A stretch of 64,000 bases of DNA from Clostridia bacterium (GTDB lineage Bacteria; Bacillota; Clostridia; TANB77; CAG-465): assembly GCA_017626395.1 (NCBI GenBank), contig JAGAIU010000055.1, forward strand, positions 21,852 through 85,851, in the 5' to 3' direction. Shown here piece after piece: positions 1-7,942 of the stretch. The first letter of the stretch is position 1. Each line of letters starts with the position of its first letter. The notes under the pieces are model-generated. The model saw only the letters and a list, made by a program, of their open reading frames with translations. It was not told the DNA's origin and ran no database searches. The position numbers and the translations under genes are program-made.

Positions 1-800
1 TATTGTTCTATATCTTTAGGTAAGGTGATTTTTTCTTCTTCAAAATCTATGTGTAGTTCTTCTTTTTTATCTGCAACTTTTATTTCTTCTTCAGGAATAT
101 CTATGTCTATAGAAATATCTGATAAATCTATTTTTGGTATTTCTACATCTTTTACAAATACATCGTCCACTTCTTCTTTAGTCATTTCTTTAGCAGGTTC
201 TTCTTTTTTAGGCTTTTTACCTAATAATTCAGAAATACTCATAACACTATGGTTATATTGTCTTGTAGAGAAGATTTCTTTATTTTCAACTAATTTATTT
301 ATAGTTTCCTTATCTAGTTTGTTAAAGCCTTCGCCTTCTACAACTTTTAGTAAATCTTTAATTTGCTTTTTATATTCTTGTTTATCTGCTGCATCTTTTA
401 AATCATAAGTTATTTTAGTATATAAAGATAAATCTGTTAATATTCCACTTTCAGAAAGATTAGATGTACTTACATACATTTCGGCTCTATCTGTATACTC
501 AAATATACACATATTAGCAACGAATTCATTCAAATTATTATTTGAATAATAATGAACTTCATCTGCATATTCTAAAAGTCCTTCTAACATACTTCTAGTT
601 GTTGTTTTCTTATCTATACCAATTGCAAAGAATATTTTTGTCTTAATATCTATTAAGTCTTCTTCAATTATTTTATATCCTGTTTCTTTAAAATTTCCTA
701 CAAAAAAATATGCTTTTTTTGCATTATCTGCTAGACATGCTGAGATAGCATTTGCTATTGTATTCTCATTTTCTTTTTGCATTATTATATTTACTTGCAT
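1..800 (-). CDS. PLD/HKD-nuclease-like domain protein with acidic tail, catalytic motif degenerate (partial, runs off window start)
   Basis: Not in ORF track. ATG at 800 with GAGGT SD; open frame MQVNIIMQKENENTIANAISACL...AYFFVGNFKETG...FFAIGIDKKTTT...FVANMCIFEY...MYVSTSNLSESG resembles the NgoFVII/BfiI-type PLD fold. Confidence 0.65.
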   Translation of the reverse strand, partial: MQVNIIMQKENENTIANAISACLADNAKKAYFFVGNFKETGYKIIEEDLIDIKTKIFFAIGIDKKTTTRSMLEGLLEYADEVHYYSNNNLNEFVANMCIFEYTDRAEMYVSTSNLSESGILTDLSLYTKITYDLKDAADKQEYKKQIKDLLKVVEGEGFNKLDKETINKLVENKEIFSTRQYNHSVMSISELLGKKPKKEEPAKEMTKEEVDDVFVKDVEIPKIDLSDISIDIDIPEEEIKVADKKEELHIDFEEEKITLPKDIEQ

Positions 801-871
801 AATAACTTACCTCTCTCTTATATTTTAATAATTATATGATATAATAAAATAAAAAAAAAGTAAAGACTTTA

Positions 872-2461
872 TTATCTAAAGTCTTTATATTTTGAAGATT
901 TTCCAAGTCCAGGAAGTGTCATAATATTTCCAGCATAAGCAACTATAAATCCCGCACCTGCACTAATTTTTATATCTCTAATTGTAATTGTAAAATCTTT
1001 TGGACATCCAAGTACTTTAGCATCATCTGTAAGAGATGCTGGTGTTTTAGCAATACATACTGGTACATTGTTATATCCGTTTTCTTTTGCTCTTTTAATA
1101 TTTTCAACTGCAGCATCTAAAAATACTACATCTTTTGCTCCATATATTTCTTTACAAATTGTAGTTATTTTTTCTTCTACATCAATATCCAAGCTATATA
1201 ATGGTGTATAATTTGATTTTGTTTCTTCAAGCATTTTTACTACTCTATTTGCAAAATCTACTGTTCCTTCTGAACCTTTAGCATATGCTTGTGATAACTC
1301 AACTGGAATATCATAAGACTCAGCAAATTTTCTAATGTATTCTATCTCTTCTTCTGAATCTGTTTCGTAATTATTTATACATACCATAACTGGAACATTA
1401 TACTTTTTCATATTTTCAATATGTTTTCCAAGATTTACTATTCCTTTTTCTAATGCTTCCATATTTTTAGTATTTATATTTTCCATCTCTAAGTTACCAT
1501 TGTATTTTAATGCTTTTACTGTAGCAACAATTATTGCTAAATCTGGTTTTAATCCTGCTTTTCTACATTTGATATCCATGAATTTTTCAGCACCTAAATC
1601 TGAACCAAATCCTGCTTCTACTACACAGTAATCTGCAAGTTTTAATCCAAGTTTTGTAGCTACTACAGAATTACATCCATGTGCAATATTTGCAAATGGT
1701 CCTAAGTGTACAATACATGGTGTTTCTTCCACAGTTTGCACTAAATTAGGCTTTAAAGTATCTTTAAGAAGTGCCATCATAGCTCCAACTACTTCTAGTT
1801 GTCTAGCATATACGGGTTTATTATCTTTAGTATATGCAACTAAAATATTCCCAAGCATTTCTCTTAAGTTTTCTCTATCTTTTGCTAGGCAACAAATAGC
1901 CATAACTTCACATGCTGCTGTAATTTCAAATCCTGTGTTATATTCAAGTTTTTTACCATTTACAGTTATATCTCTTAAAGATCTATCATTCATATCTATT
2001 GCTCTTTTAATGCAAATAGTATCTTTATCTATATTAAGCTCGTTTCCATTAAATATGTGATTATCTACAACTGAACATAATAGATTATTTGCAGAAGTAA
2101 TAGCATGAAAATCTCCTGTAAAATGTAAGTTTATATCTTCTTGTGGTTCAACTGTTGCTTTTCCTCCACCTATTGCTCCACCTTTTATTCCAAATACAGG
2201 TCCAAGTGATGGTTCTCTTAAAACAACTATACCATTTTTACCAATTCTGTTAAGTCCCATTGCAAGCCCAATAGATTGAGTTGTTTTCCCTTCACCAAAT
2301 GGTGTTGGATTAATAGATGTCATTAAAATTAGTTTTCCATCTTTTTTATCTTTTAATTCATTATAATATTCATCTGAGATTTTTGCTTTGTACTTTCCAT
2401 AGCATTCCACATAATCTTCTTGAATATTAAGAGCTTCACTAATATTTAGTATATTCTTCAT
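872..2461 (-). CDS. fhs: formate--tetrahydrofolate ligase
   Basis: Motifs INPTPFGEGKTT, REPSLGPVFGIKGGA, GPFANIAHGCNS, EAGFGSDLGAEKF; GGAGG SD. Confidence 0.97.
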   Translation of the reverse strand: MKNILNISEALNIQEDYVECYGKYKAKISDEYYNELKDKKDGKLILMTSINPTPFGEGKTTQSIGLAMGLNRIGKNGIVVLREPSLGPVFGIKGGAIGGGKATVEPQEDINLHFTGDFHAITSANNLLCSVVDNHIFNGNELNIDKDTICIKRAIDMNDRSLRDITVNGKKLEYNTGFEITAACEVMAICCLAKDRENLREMLGNILVAYTKDNKPVYARQLEVVGAMMALLKDTLKPNLVQTVEETPCIVHLGPFANIAHGCNSVVATKLGLKLADYCVVEAGFGSDLGAEKFMDIKCRKAGLKPDLAIIVATVKALKYNGNLEMENINTKNMEALEKGIVNLGKHIENMKKYNVPVMVCINNYETDSEEEIEYIRKFAESYDIPVELSQAYAKGSEGTVDFANRVVKMLEETKSNYTPLYSLDIDVEEKITTICKEIYGAKDVVFLDAAVENIKRAKENGYNNVPVCIAKTPASLTDDAKVLGCPKDFTITIRDIKISAGAGFIVAYAGNIMTLPGLGKSSKYKDFR

Positions 2462-2479
2462 TATATACCTCCTTATACT

Positions 2480-2507
2480 AAAAAACTCTGTAATAAGTAT
2501 TTACAGA
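2480..2507 (-). terminator. intrinsic terminator-like hairpin between tRNA-Gln and fhs
   Basis: TCTGTAA-ATACTTA-TTACAGA followed by GTTTTTT on minus strand. Confidence 0.5.
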
Positions 2508-2548
2508 CTTTTCTTAAATAAAAAATTTAACAGTAAATACTGCCCTTA

Positions 2549-2623
2549 TGGCTGGACTAGCAGGATTCGAACCTGCGAATGTCGGTGTCAGAAACCGATG
2601 CCTTACCACTTGGCGATAGTCCA
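2549..2623 (-). tRNA. tRNA-Gln (CUG)
   Basis: TGGACTATCGCCAAGTGGTAAGGCA-TCGGT-TTCTGAC-ACCGA...GGTTCGAATCC...GCCA; 75 nt, encoded CCA. Confidence 0.96.
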
Positions 2624-2638
2624 ATTCTTACAACTGTA

Positions 2639-2667
2639 ATTCTATCATACTTATACTTATTATTCAA
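2639..2667 (-). promoter_or_regulatory. sigma-A promoter for tRNA-Gln
   Basis: TTGAAT-N17-TAGAAT with extended TG. Confidence 0.6.
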
Positions 2668-2671
2668 GAAA

Positions 2672-2703
2672 ATAACCTAAAAGAATAGTTTCTTTTAGGT
2701 TAT
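2672..2703 (-). terminator. intrinsic terminator after PAP2 gene
   Basis: 14-bp perfect inverted repeat ATAACCTAAAAGAA/TTCTTTTAGGTTAT with T-tract. Confidence 0.75.
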
Positions 2704-2711
2704 CTATTATC

Positions 2712-3326
2712 TTAATCATCATTTATTGTTGTGTGTTTCATAATCATATATATTACCATACTTACTGCAAATCCTAGAAGCCAGCCACCAAGAATATCTC
2801 CTGCATAATGTACTCCTAAATATACTCTTGTAAATCCTATTGCAACAATTAAAAGAGTCATAAATGTAATTAATGGTATTTTAAATTTTTTCTTATCCAT
2901 AAATTTAAATGTGTATATTATTAATATAGTATACAATGCCATATTAACCATTGCATGTCCAGATGGAAAACTAAATGAGCTTTCTGAAACTAGCCTTAAA
3001 ATATTAGGTCTTTCTCTTGCAAAACATAGTTTTAAGACAAAGTTTAATGTAAAAGATGACACTACTGCTAAACTTACAGGAATACCCACTTTATTTCTTA
3101 ATTTTGGTATTAATAATATTGTTAAACATATAACAAGTATACCTATTGGTCCCCCTATATTAGTTATTATCTTTAACACATTTGTTAATGGTTCTGACAT
3201 ATGTTCTACACTCTCACTATATATCCACGATTCAAAACCTGCCAAATAATCTGCTTTTATTGCTATCGCAAGTACAGAAAATAATATTACGGCTAAAATT
3301 GTTAATGTTACATTCTTCTTACTCAT
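2712..3326 (-). CDS. PAP2-family membrane phosphatase (undecaprenyl-PP phosphatase-like)
   Basis: KxxxxRxRP, SFPSGH, TRVYLGVHY motifs; start moved to ATG 3326 with GGAGG SD. Confidence 0.92.
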   Translation of the reverse strand: MSKKNVTLTILAVILFSVLAIAIKADYLAGFESWIYSESVEHMSEPLTNVLKIITNIGGPIGILVICLTILLIPKLRNKVGIPVSLAVVSSFTLNFVLKLCFARERPNILRLVSESSFSFPSGHAMVNMALYTILIIYTFKFMDKKKFKIPLITFMTLLIVAIGFTRVYLGVHYAGDILGGWLLGFAVSMVIYMIMKHTTINDD

Positions 3327-3384
3327 TGTTTTTCCTCCATGTATATTATTATATATTTCTCCGAAAAAAAAAGCAATAGTTTTA

Positions 3385-3573
3385 CTACTGCTCGTCATTA
3401 TCTTCTACGTTATCTAATGCATATTCTATTAATTGATTTACAACATTATTAAAAGTTAAATTATTTTTATCTGCAATTTTAAATATTCTATCATAAGCTT
3501 CGCCACTTAATCTTATAGTTCTAGTTAATGTGTCTTTTCTCCTACTACCTTGCTCTATTGTTAGTTTTCCCAT
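3385..3573 (-). CDS. ribbon-helix-helix (Arc/CopG-like) DNA-binding protein, copy 1
   Basis: TRTIRLSGEAYDRIFKIADKNNLTFNNVVNQLIEYAL strand-helix-helix pattern; AGGTGA SD; paralog at 15207-15383. Confidence 0.8.
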   Translation of the reverse strand: MGKLTIEQGSRRKDTLTRTIRLSGEAYDRIFKIADKNNLTFNNVVNQLIEYALDNVEDNDEQ

Positions 3574-3600
3574 ATCTCTCACCTATCATCATTATATTTA

Positions 3601-3721
3601 AAAATGTGATTAAAATTAGTACACTTTTATGTGTACATCACAATTTTTAATCACATTTTGTGTTCTTTTGTGATTACTATATAATCACACTTCCTCTTTT
3701 CACGACTTTTACATTGTGATA
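3601..3721. promoter_or_regulatory. operator-rich divergent promoter region (nested inverted repeats, GTACAC-N6-GTGTAC, repeated TGTGAT/ATCACA)
   Basis: 15-bp IR 3601-3615/3645-3659; GTACAC-N6-GTGTAC 3619-3636; TGTGATTA-N5-TAATCACA 3669-3689. Confidence 0.6.
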
Positions 3722-3752
3722 TAATATACTTATAGATTAAAGGAGCGATTTA

Positions 3753-4793
3753 ATGGCACATCTTGAAAGATATGATAGTTTCCAAACTAACAAAGCTAAA
3801 AAGAAAAAAGAATTAGTAAAAAATAATATAAAAAATAAAAAGAATGCTTATGATTCAACATTTATTACTACATCTAAAAAAGATATAAACGGAATAGTAA
3901 TTGAAACTAATTATAATACTGCAACAGTACTATATAACGATACTCTTATCCAAGCGGAACTAACAAAGAGTTTAAATTCAATATGTAATAAAACTGTTTT
4001 TCCTGGAGATAAAGTTGTTATTACAAAAGATAAAGATAATTACATTATCTCTAATCTTTTAAAAAGGAAAAATGTACTTTCTAGAAATAAAGCAGATAGT
4101 ACTAGACTAGCAGCAAACTTAACTGAACAAATTATAGCTACAAATATTGATGTAGCTGTAATAGTAGTATCTTGTAGTACTCCACCACTTCATCCAAAGT
4201 TTATAGATAGATATTTAATTTTACTTCAAAATTCAAATATTGAACCTATAATATGCTTAAATAAATCAGATTTAAAAACAGAAAGTGATGAAAAAGTTCT
4301 AGATATTTACAGGAAACTAGGAATTATAGTTTTAGAAACATCTACACTTTCAAATACTGGTATAGATAAATTAAAAGAATATCTAAATGGAAAACAAGCT
4401 ATATTTGTAGGTCATAGTGGTGTTGGTAAAAGTTCACTTACAAATGCTTTGCTAGATGTTGATGATATAAAAACAGGTAATGTTAGTCATAAAAGTGGTA
4501 AAGGAAGACATACTACTACATCTTCTAAATACTATAACTGGAATGAAAAATCTTCTGTAATAGATACTCCAGGAATTAGAAGTTTAGATATTTCTGACTT
4601 TTCTAAAGAAGAAATTAAAAGTTATTTTACTGAATTTAACCAATTAAATAATTCTTGTAAATATAATGATTGTATGCATGATAAAGAACCAATAGAACAA
4701 TGTGCGGTTAAAAGAGCTGTTGAAGAAGATTTTATAGATAAATCTAGATATGATAGTTATATTAGAATTATAAATGATATAGAAAATAAATAG
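3753..4793 (+). CDS. rsgA: RsgA-family circularly permuted ribosome small subunit GTPase
   Basis: NKSDL before GHSGVGKSS, GRHTTT, DTPG, C-terminal CKYNDCMH..C zinc site. Confidence 0.88.
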   Translation: MAHLERYDSFQTNKAKKKKELVKNNIKNKKNAYDSTFITTSKKDINGIVIETNYNTATVLYNDTLIQAELTKSLNSICNKTVFPGDKVVITKDKDNYIISNLLKRKNVLSRNKADSTRLAANLTEQIIATNIDVAVIVVSCSTPPLHPKFIDRYLILLQNSNIEPIICLNKSDLKTESDEKVLDIYRKLGIIVLETSTLSNTGIDKLKEYLNGKQAIFVGHSGVGKSSLTNALLDVDDIKTGNVSHKSGKGRHTTTSSKYYNWNEKSSVIDTPGIRSLDISDFSKEEIKSYFTEFNQLNNSCKYNDCMHDKEPIEQCAVKRAVEEDFIDKSRYDSYIRIINDIENK

Positions 4794-4795
4794 TT

Positions 4796-4820
4796 TAAGG
4801 AGCATATGCTCCTTATTTTT
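4796..4820 (+). terminator. intrinsic terminator
   Basis: palindrome TAAGGAGCATATGCTCCTTA plus TTTTT. Confidence 0.75.
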
Positions 4821-4870
4821 ATGTATATTTTCTCTTTAGTTAAATAAAATAATATCAGGAGGCTATATTT

Positions 4871-5329
4871 ATGTCTAAATTTAAAATATATTTTAAATCC
4901 ATCCTTATTCCTCTTTTAGTTGGTGCAATAATCGGATTTATAACTTCTGGTTCAATGGATTATAATACACTAGAAAAGCCACCATTATCGCCACCAGGTG
5001 TTTTATTTCCAATAGTGTGGACTATTCTTTATACTTTAATGGGAATATCGTACGGTATACTAAAAAGTAATTCGTTAGTAGATTCAAATATAAATTCTAT
5101 ATATTATTTACAATTATTTGTAAATGCTTTATGGTCAATCTTTTTCTTTACATTAAAATGGAGATTTTTTGCTTTTTTATGGATTTTACTATTACTTGCT
5201 TTAGTTATAACCATGACTATTAAATTTTATAATAAAAATAAAATTGCTGGTCTACTTCAAATACCTTATATATTATGGGTGGCTTTTGCTAGCTATCTAA
5301 ATTTAGGTACCTTTTTATTAAATAATTAA
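4871..5329 (+). CDS. tspO: TspO/MBR tryptophan-rich sensory membrane protein
   Basis: YxxLxKPPLSPPGVLFPIVWTILYTLMG, QLFVNALWSIFFF, LLQIPYILWVAFASYLN. Confidence 0.92.
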   Translation: MSKFKIYFKSILIPLLVGAIIGFITSGSMDYNTLEKPPLSPPGVLFPIVWTILYTLMGISYGILKSNSLVDSNINSIYYLQLFVNALWSIFFFTLKWRFFAFLWILLLLALVITMTIKFYNKNKIAGLLQIPYILWVAFASYLNLGTFLLNN

Positions 5330-5345
5330 AAAAGAAGAAGCAAAA

Positions 5346-7370
5346 TTATTTTGCTTCTTTTTCATTTTTCTTCTTAGTTGTCTTTTTTGGAGTTTTAGTT
5401 TCTTTATTAAAAGCCTCTATTGCTTCCTCTTTAGTTACAATACCTTTTTGCATTAAAAGTTTTGCAACATTCTCCAAAGATCTTCTATTTTTAACGAGTA
5501 TAGCTTTTGTCTTTTCATATGTTTCATTAACAAAAGCTTTTGTCTTTTCTCTAATATCATCTGATGTCTTATCACTAATTCCTAGTTTACTTTTAGTATC
5601 AAAAGAATAGTTTAAATAACTCTTATCCATACCATATTCCATTATGAATTTTTCAACTATAGCAGTTGCTTTTTTCAAGTCTGATGATGCACCAGAGTCA
5701 AACTCTTTTGATACAAAACTTTGTGCAATTCTTCCGCCCAAATCTACTGCTACTCTTTCTTTTAAGTAGTTAATATCTCCTGAATGTCTTTCAAACTCAT
5801 TATATTCAAAAACATTAACTCCTAACCAATGTTGAGCTGGAATAATAGAAACTAGAACACTGTCTTGATTACATTTTGTTTTTGAAAGATACCACATAAC
5901 AAAATGTCCAGCTTCATGATAAGCAGTTCTTCTCTTTTCAGCAGTTGGCATCTTTTCATATCTTTCAAAGTTTCTTCTGTATACTCTTTTTATATGTTCC
6001 ATTTTTAATTCTTTACTACCATTCATTTTAGCTACAGCCATACTCTTATCTAACAAATCAATAGACCTGTCTGGATTAGATACGTTGCTAAAACTTGAAG
6101 CACAAATTAAAATGTTATCTAACATCTTATCTGAAATTTTAACATTATGATAATTGCTTAATTTCTCTACTCTTGCTGAAATCATTGATTTAACTTCTTT
6201 AAATTTAGGTTCTTTTATTACTACTATTTCAAATCTTCTACTTAAAGCTCCATCTCTTGCAAATATTCTATTATATTCGTCTGTTGTAGTTGCTCCAATA
6301 AATACAACATTATCTCTTGCAAGTAAAGGTTTTAACGATCCAGATAAATCCGGTCCACTTCCCTCTGCAGAACCCGTTCCAAGCAAATGATGTATTTCAT
6401 CTAAAAAAATTATTACTTTATCTGTACTTTCTAAGAATTCTATAAGTCGTTGTGTTTTTTCTTCAAATTCACCTCTATATTTAGTTCCTGCTACCATACC
6501 ATTTAAATTTAATGAATATACTGTATAATCTTTAAACTCCTCAGGACAAGTTCCTTTAACTATACTATAAGTTATCGCTTCAACTATTGCAGTTTTACCA
6601 ACACCAGGTTCTCCAATTAAAATTGCATTTCTTTTAGTTTTTTTAGACATTATATTCCATACTTGGAATATCTCATCATCTCTTCCTAAAATATCGCATT
6701 TTTCAACTTTTGAAAATTCATTATTTAAGTCAGTAACAAAAGTTTTTAGAGCATCTGGTAATTGAACCTTAGATGTCGTTAATAATTTATTTGAATTTCC
6801 AACAACTTCATTTTTTAAATAGTTTAGCATTCCTTTTCCTTTAAAGAAACGTTTAACAAGTAAATTAGCTTTAGATGTTTTGTCTATTAAAATACAATAT
6901 AACAGTGTATCTAATTGGATACTCTCACGTCCAAAAGCTTTATCTACTTCTTTTGCTCTAAGTAAAGCTTGCTCTACTGTAGGTGTACATACTAAATATG
7001 GGCTGTAATCCAAATTAAAAGTTGTAATATTAGCTACTTCTTGACTCAAGTTATTTTTTAATACAATATTTATTTCTTTTGAAGTTGCTCTTTTCAACTC
7101 TATGAAATTTTCATAATCTTCTTTCATTAATTCTTCATAGATTTGTTTACTTCCCATTATAGCGATAATTAAAGCATTTGGGTCTAGATATTCCTCTGAA
7201 TTATGCTCTTCAAGGAACTCATATAACTTCGTATCCGGAAAAGTGAGTGCTGCTATAATTAAGTCTAACGAACTTACTTCTGGTTCTAACAACTCATTAC
7301 TGATACTAGCTGCAGAAATCATTGCCTCCATAACATCTCTAGAAACATTAAAATTATCATACTCTTTCAT
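5346..7370 (-). CDS. chimeric ATP-dependent protease: Clp_N repeats + ClpA/B AAA1 + FtsH-type M41 Zn peptidase
   Basis: GRDDEI, NAILIGEPGVGKTAIVE, AGTKYRGEFEE, IIFLDEIH, IGATTTDEY, DGALSRRF; then TAYHEAGH, LGGRIA, GASSDLKKAT; start at ATG 7370 with GGGAGG SD. Confidence 0.88.
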   Translation of the reverse strand: MKEYDNFNVSRDVMEAMISAASISNELLEPEVSSLDLIIAALTFPDTKLYEFLEEHNSEEYLDPNALIIAIMGSKQIYEELMKEDYENFIELKRATSKEINIVLKNNLSQEVANITTFNLDYSPYLVCTPTVEQALLRAKEVDKAFGRESIQLDTLLYCILIDKTSKANLLVKRFFKGKGMLNYLKNEVVGNSNKLLTTSKVQLPDALKTFVTDLNNEFSKVEKCDILGRDDEIFQVWNIMSKKTKRNAILIGEPGVGKTAIVEAITYSIVKGTCPEEFKDYTVYSLNLNGMVAGTKYRGEFEEKTQRLIEFLESTDKVIIFLDEIHHLLGTGSAEGSGPDLSGSLKPLLARDNVVFIGATTTDEYNRIFARDGALSRRFEIVVIKEPKFKEVKSMISARVEKLSNYHNVKISDKMLDNILICASSFSNVSNPDRSIDLLDKSMAVAKMNGSKELKMEHIKRVYRRNFERYEKMPTAEKRRTAYHEAGHFVMWYLSKTKCNQDSVLVSIIPAQHWLGVNVFEYNEFERHSGDINYLKERVAVDLGGRIAQSFVSKEFDSGASSDLKKATAIVEKFIMEYGMDKSYLNYSFDTKSKLGISDKTSDDIREKTKAFVNETYEKTKAILVKNRRSLENVAKLLMQKGIVTKEEAIEAFNKETKTPKKTTKKKNEKEAK

Positions 7371-7451
7371 AAATTTTCCTCCCTTCATTAATAAACTTCG
7401 GGTAATATATTATTTTAATCAAATAATATACTATTCTATGATGTCCCTCAA

Positions 7452-7480
7452 ATTATATAGTAGTTATTGTCATATGTCAA
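7452..7480 (-). promoter_or_regulatory. consensus sigma-A promoter of the Clp/M41 gene
   Basis: TTGACA-N17-TATAAT. Confidence 0.8.
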
Positions 7481-7518
7481 TAAAATAGCATTAAAGTTTT
7501 CATAAAAAAGTGTTTTAA

Positions 7519-7555
7519 TTGAATTTTTATGTAAAATATGGTATAATATTAATGT
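7519..7555 (+). promoter_or_regulatory. sigma-A promoter, near-duplicate of 44311-44347
   Basis: TTGAAT-N17(TG)-TATAAT; 31/32 nt identical block with 44316-44347. Confidence 0.75.
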
Positions 7556-7608
7556 ATTTAAATTTTATGTTTTTGGTTGATTATTGCCAAAAAGAAAAGG
7601 AGAAAAAA

Positions 7609-7890
7609 ATGAAAATTGATATTTCAAAAAAGAAAAAATCTGAGGTGCTAGCTGCACTTTATAACAAATCACATCCACAAGGAATGGGATTTTTACACTA
7701 TGATCCAAAACCAATGACTGTTGAAGAAGCTGAACAACTTCTAAAAACTGAAACATATTTCGACTACTTAAAAGGTAGAGTTATGAAAATTAATTTAGAA
7801 GGTGATGTACTTGACACATGGGGGTACGATAGAGATAATGGTGAAGGTGCAGCAAAAAAAGTCATAGACTCACTTCCAGATTATGAATAA
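7609..7890 (+). CDS. conserved hypothetical 93-aa protein (VLAALYN...QGMGFL...YFDYLKGRVMK...YDRDNG)
   Basis: AAGGAG SD before ATG 7609; own promoter and terminator; the track's longer TTG start is the -35 box. Confidence 0.8.
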   Translation: MKIDISKKKKSEVLAALYNKSHPQGMGFLHYDPKPMTVEEAEQLLKTETYFDYLKGRVMKINLEGDVLDTWGYDRDNGEGAAKKVIDSLPDYE

Positions 7891-7891
7891 A

Positions 7892-7917
7892 AAAGTGGAG
7901 AAATTTTTCTCCACTTT
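7892..7917. terminator. bidirectional terminator
   Basis: AAAGTGGAGAAA/TTTCTCCACTTT inverted repeat between convergent genes. Confidence 0.75.
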
Positions 7918-7942
7918 AAACTTTATTCTTTTCAGCTTCTAT

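Noticed and set aside
25-408. 127-aa plus-strand ORF, and other antisense track ORFs such as 37971-38627 and 61993-62634
   Set aside because: Ser/Phe/Ile-rich mirror frames of real minus-strand genes, without SD or motifs.
7468-7482. TGTCATA-TGTCAAT repeat as a CtsR box for the Clp-like gene
   Set aside because: Spacing is 7 rather than 10, and one copy is simply the -35 element.
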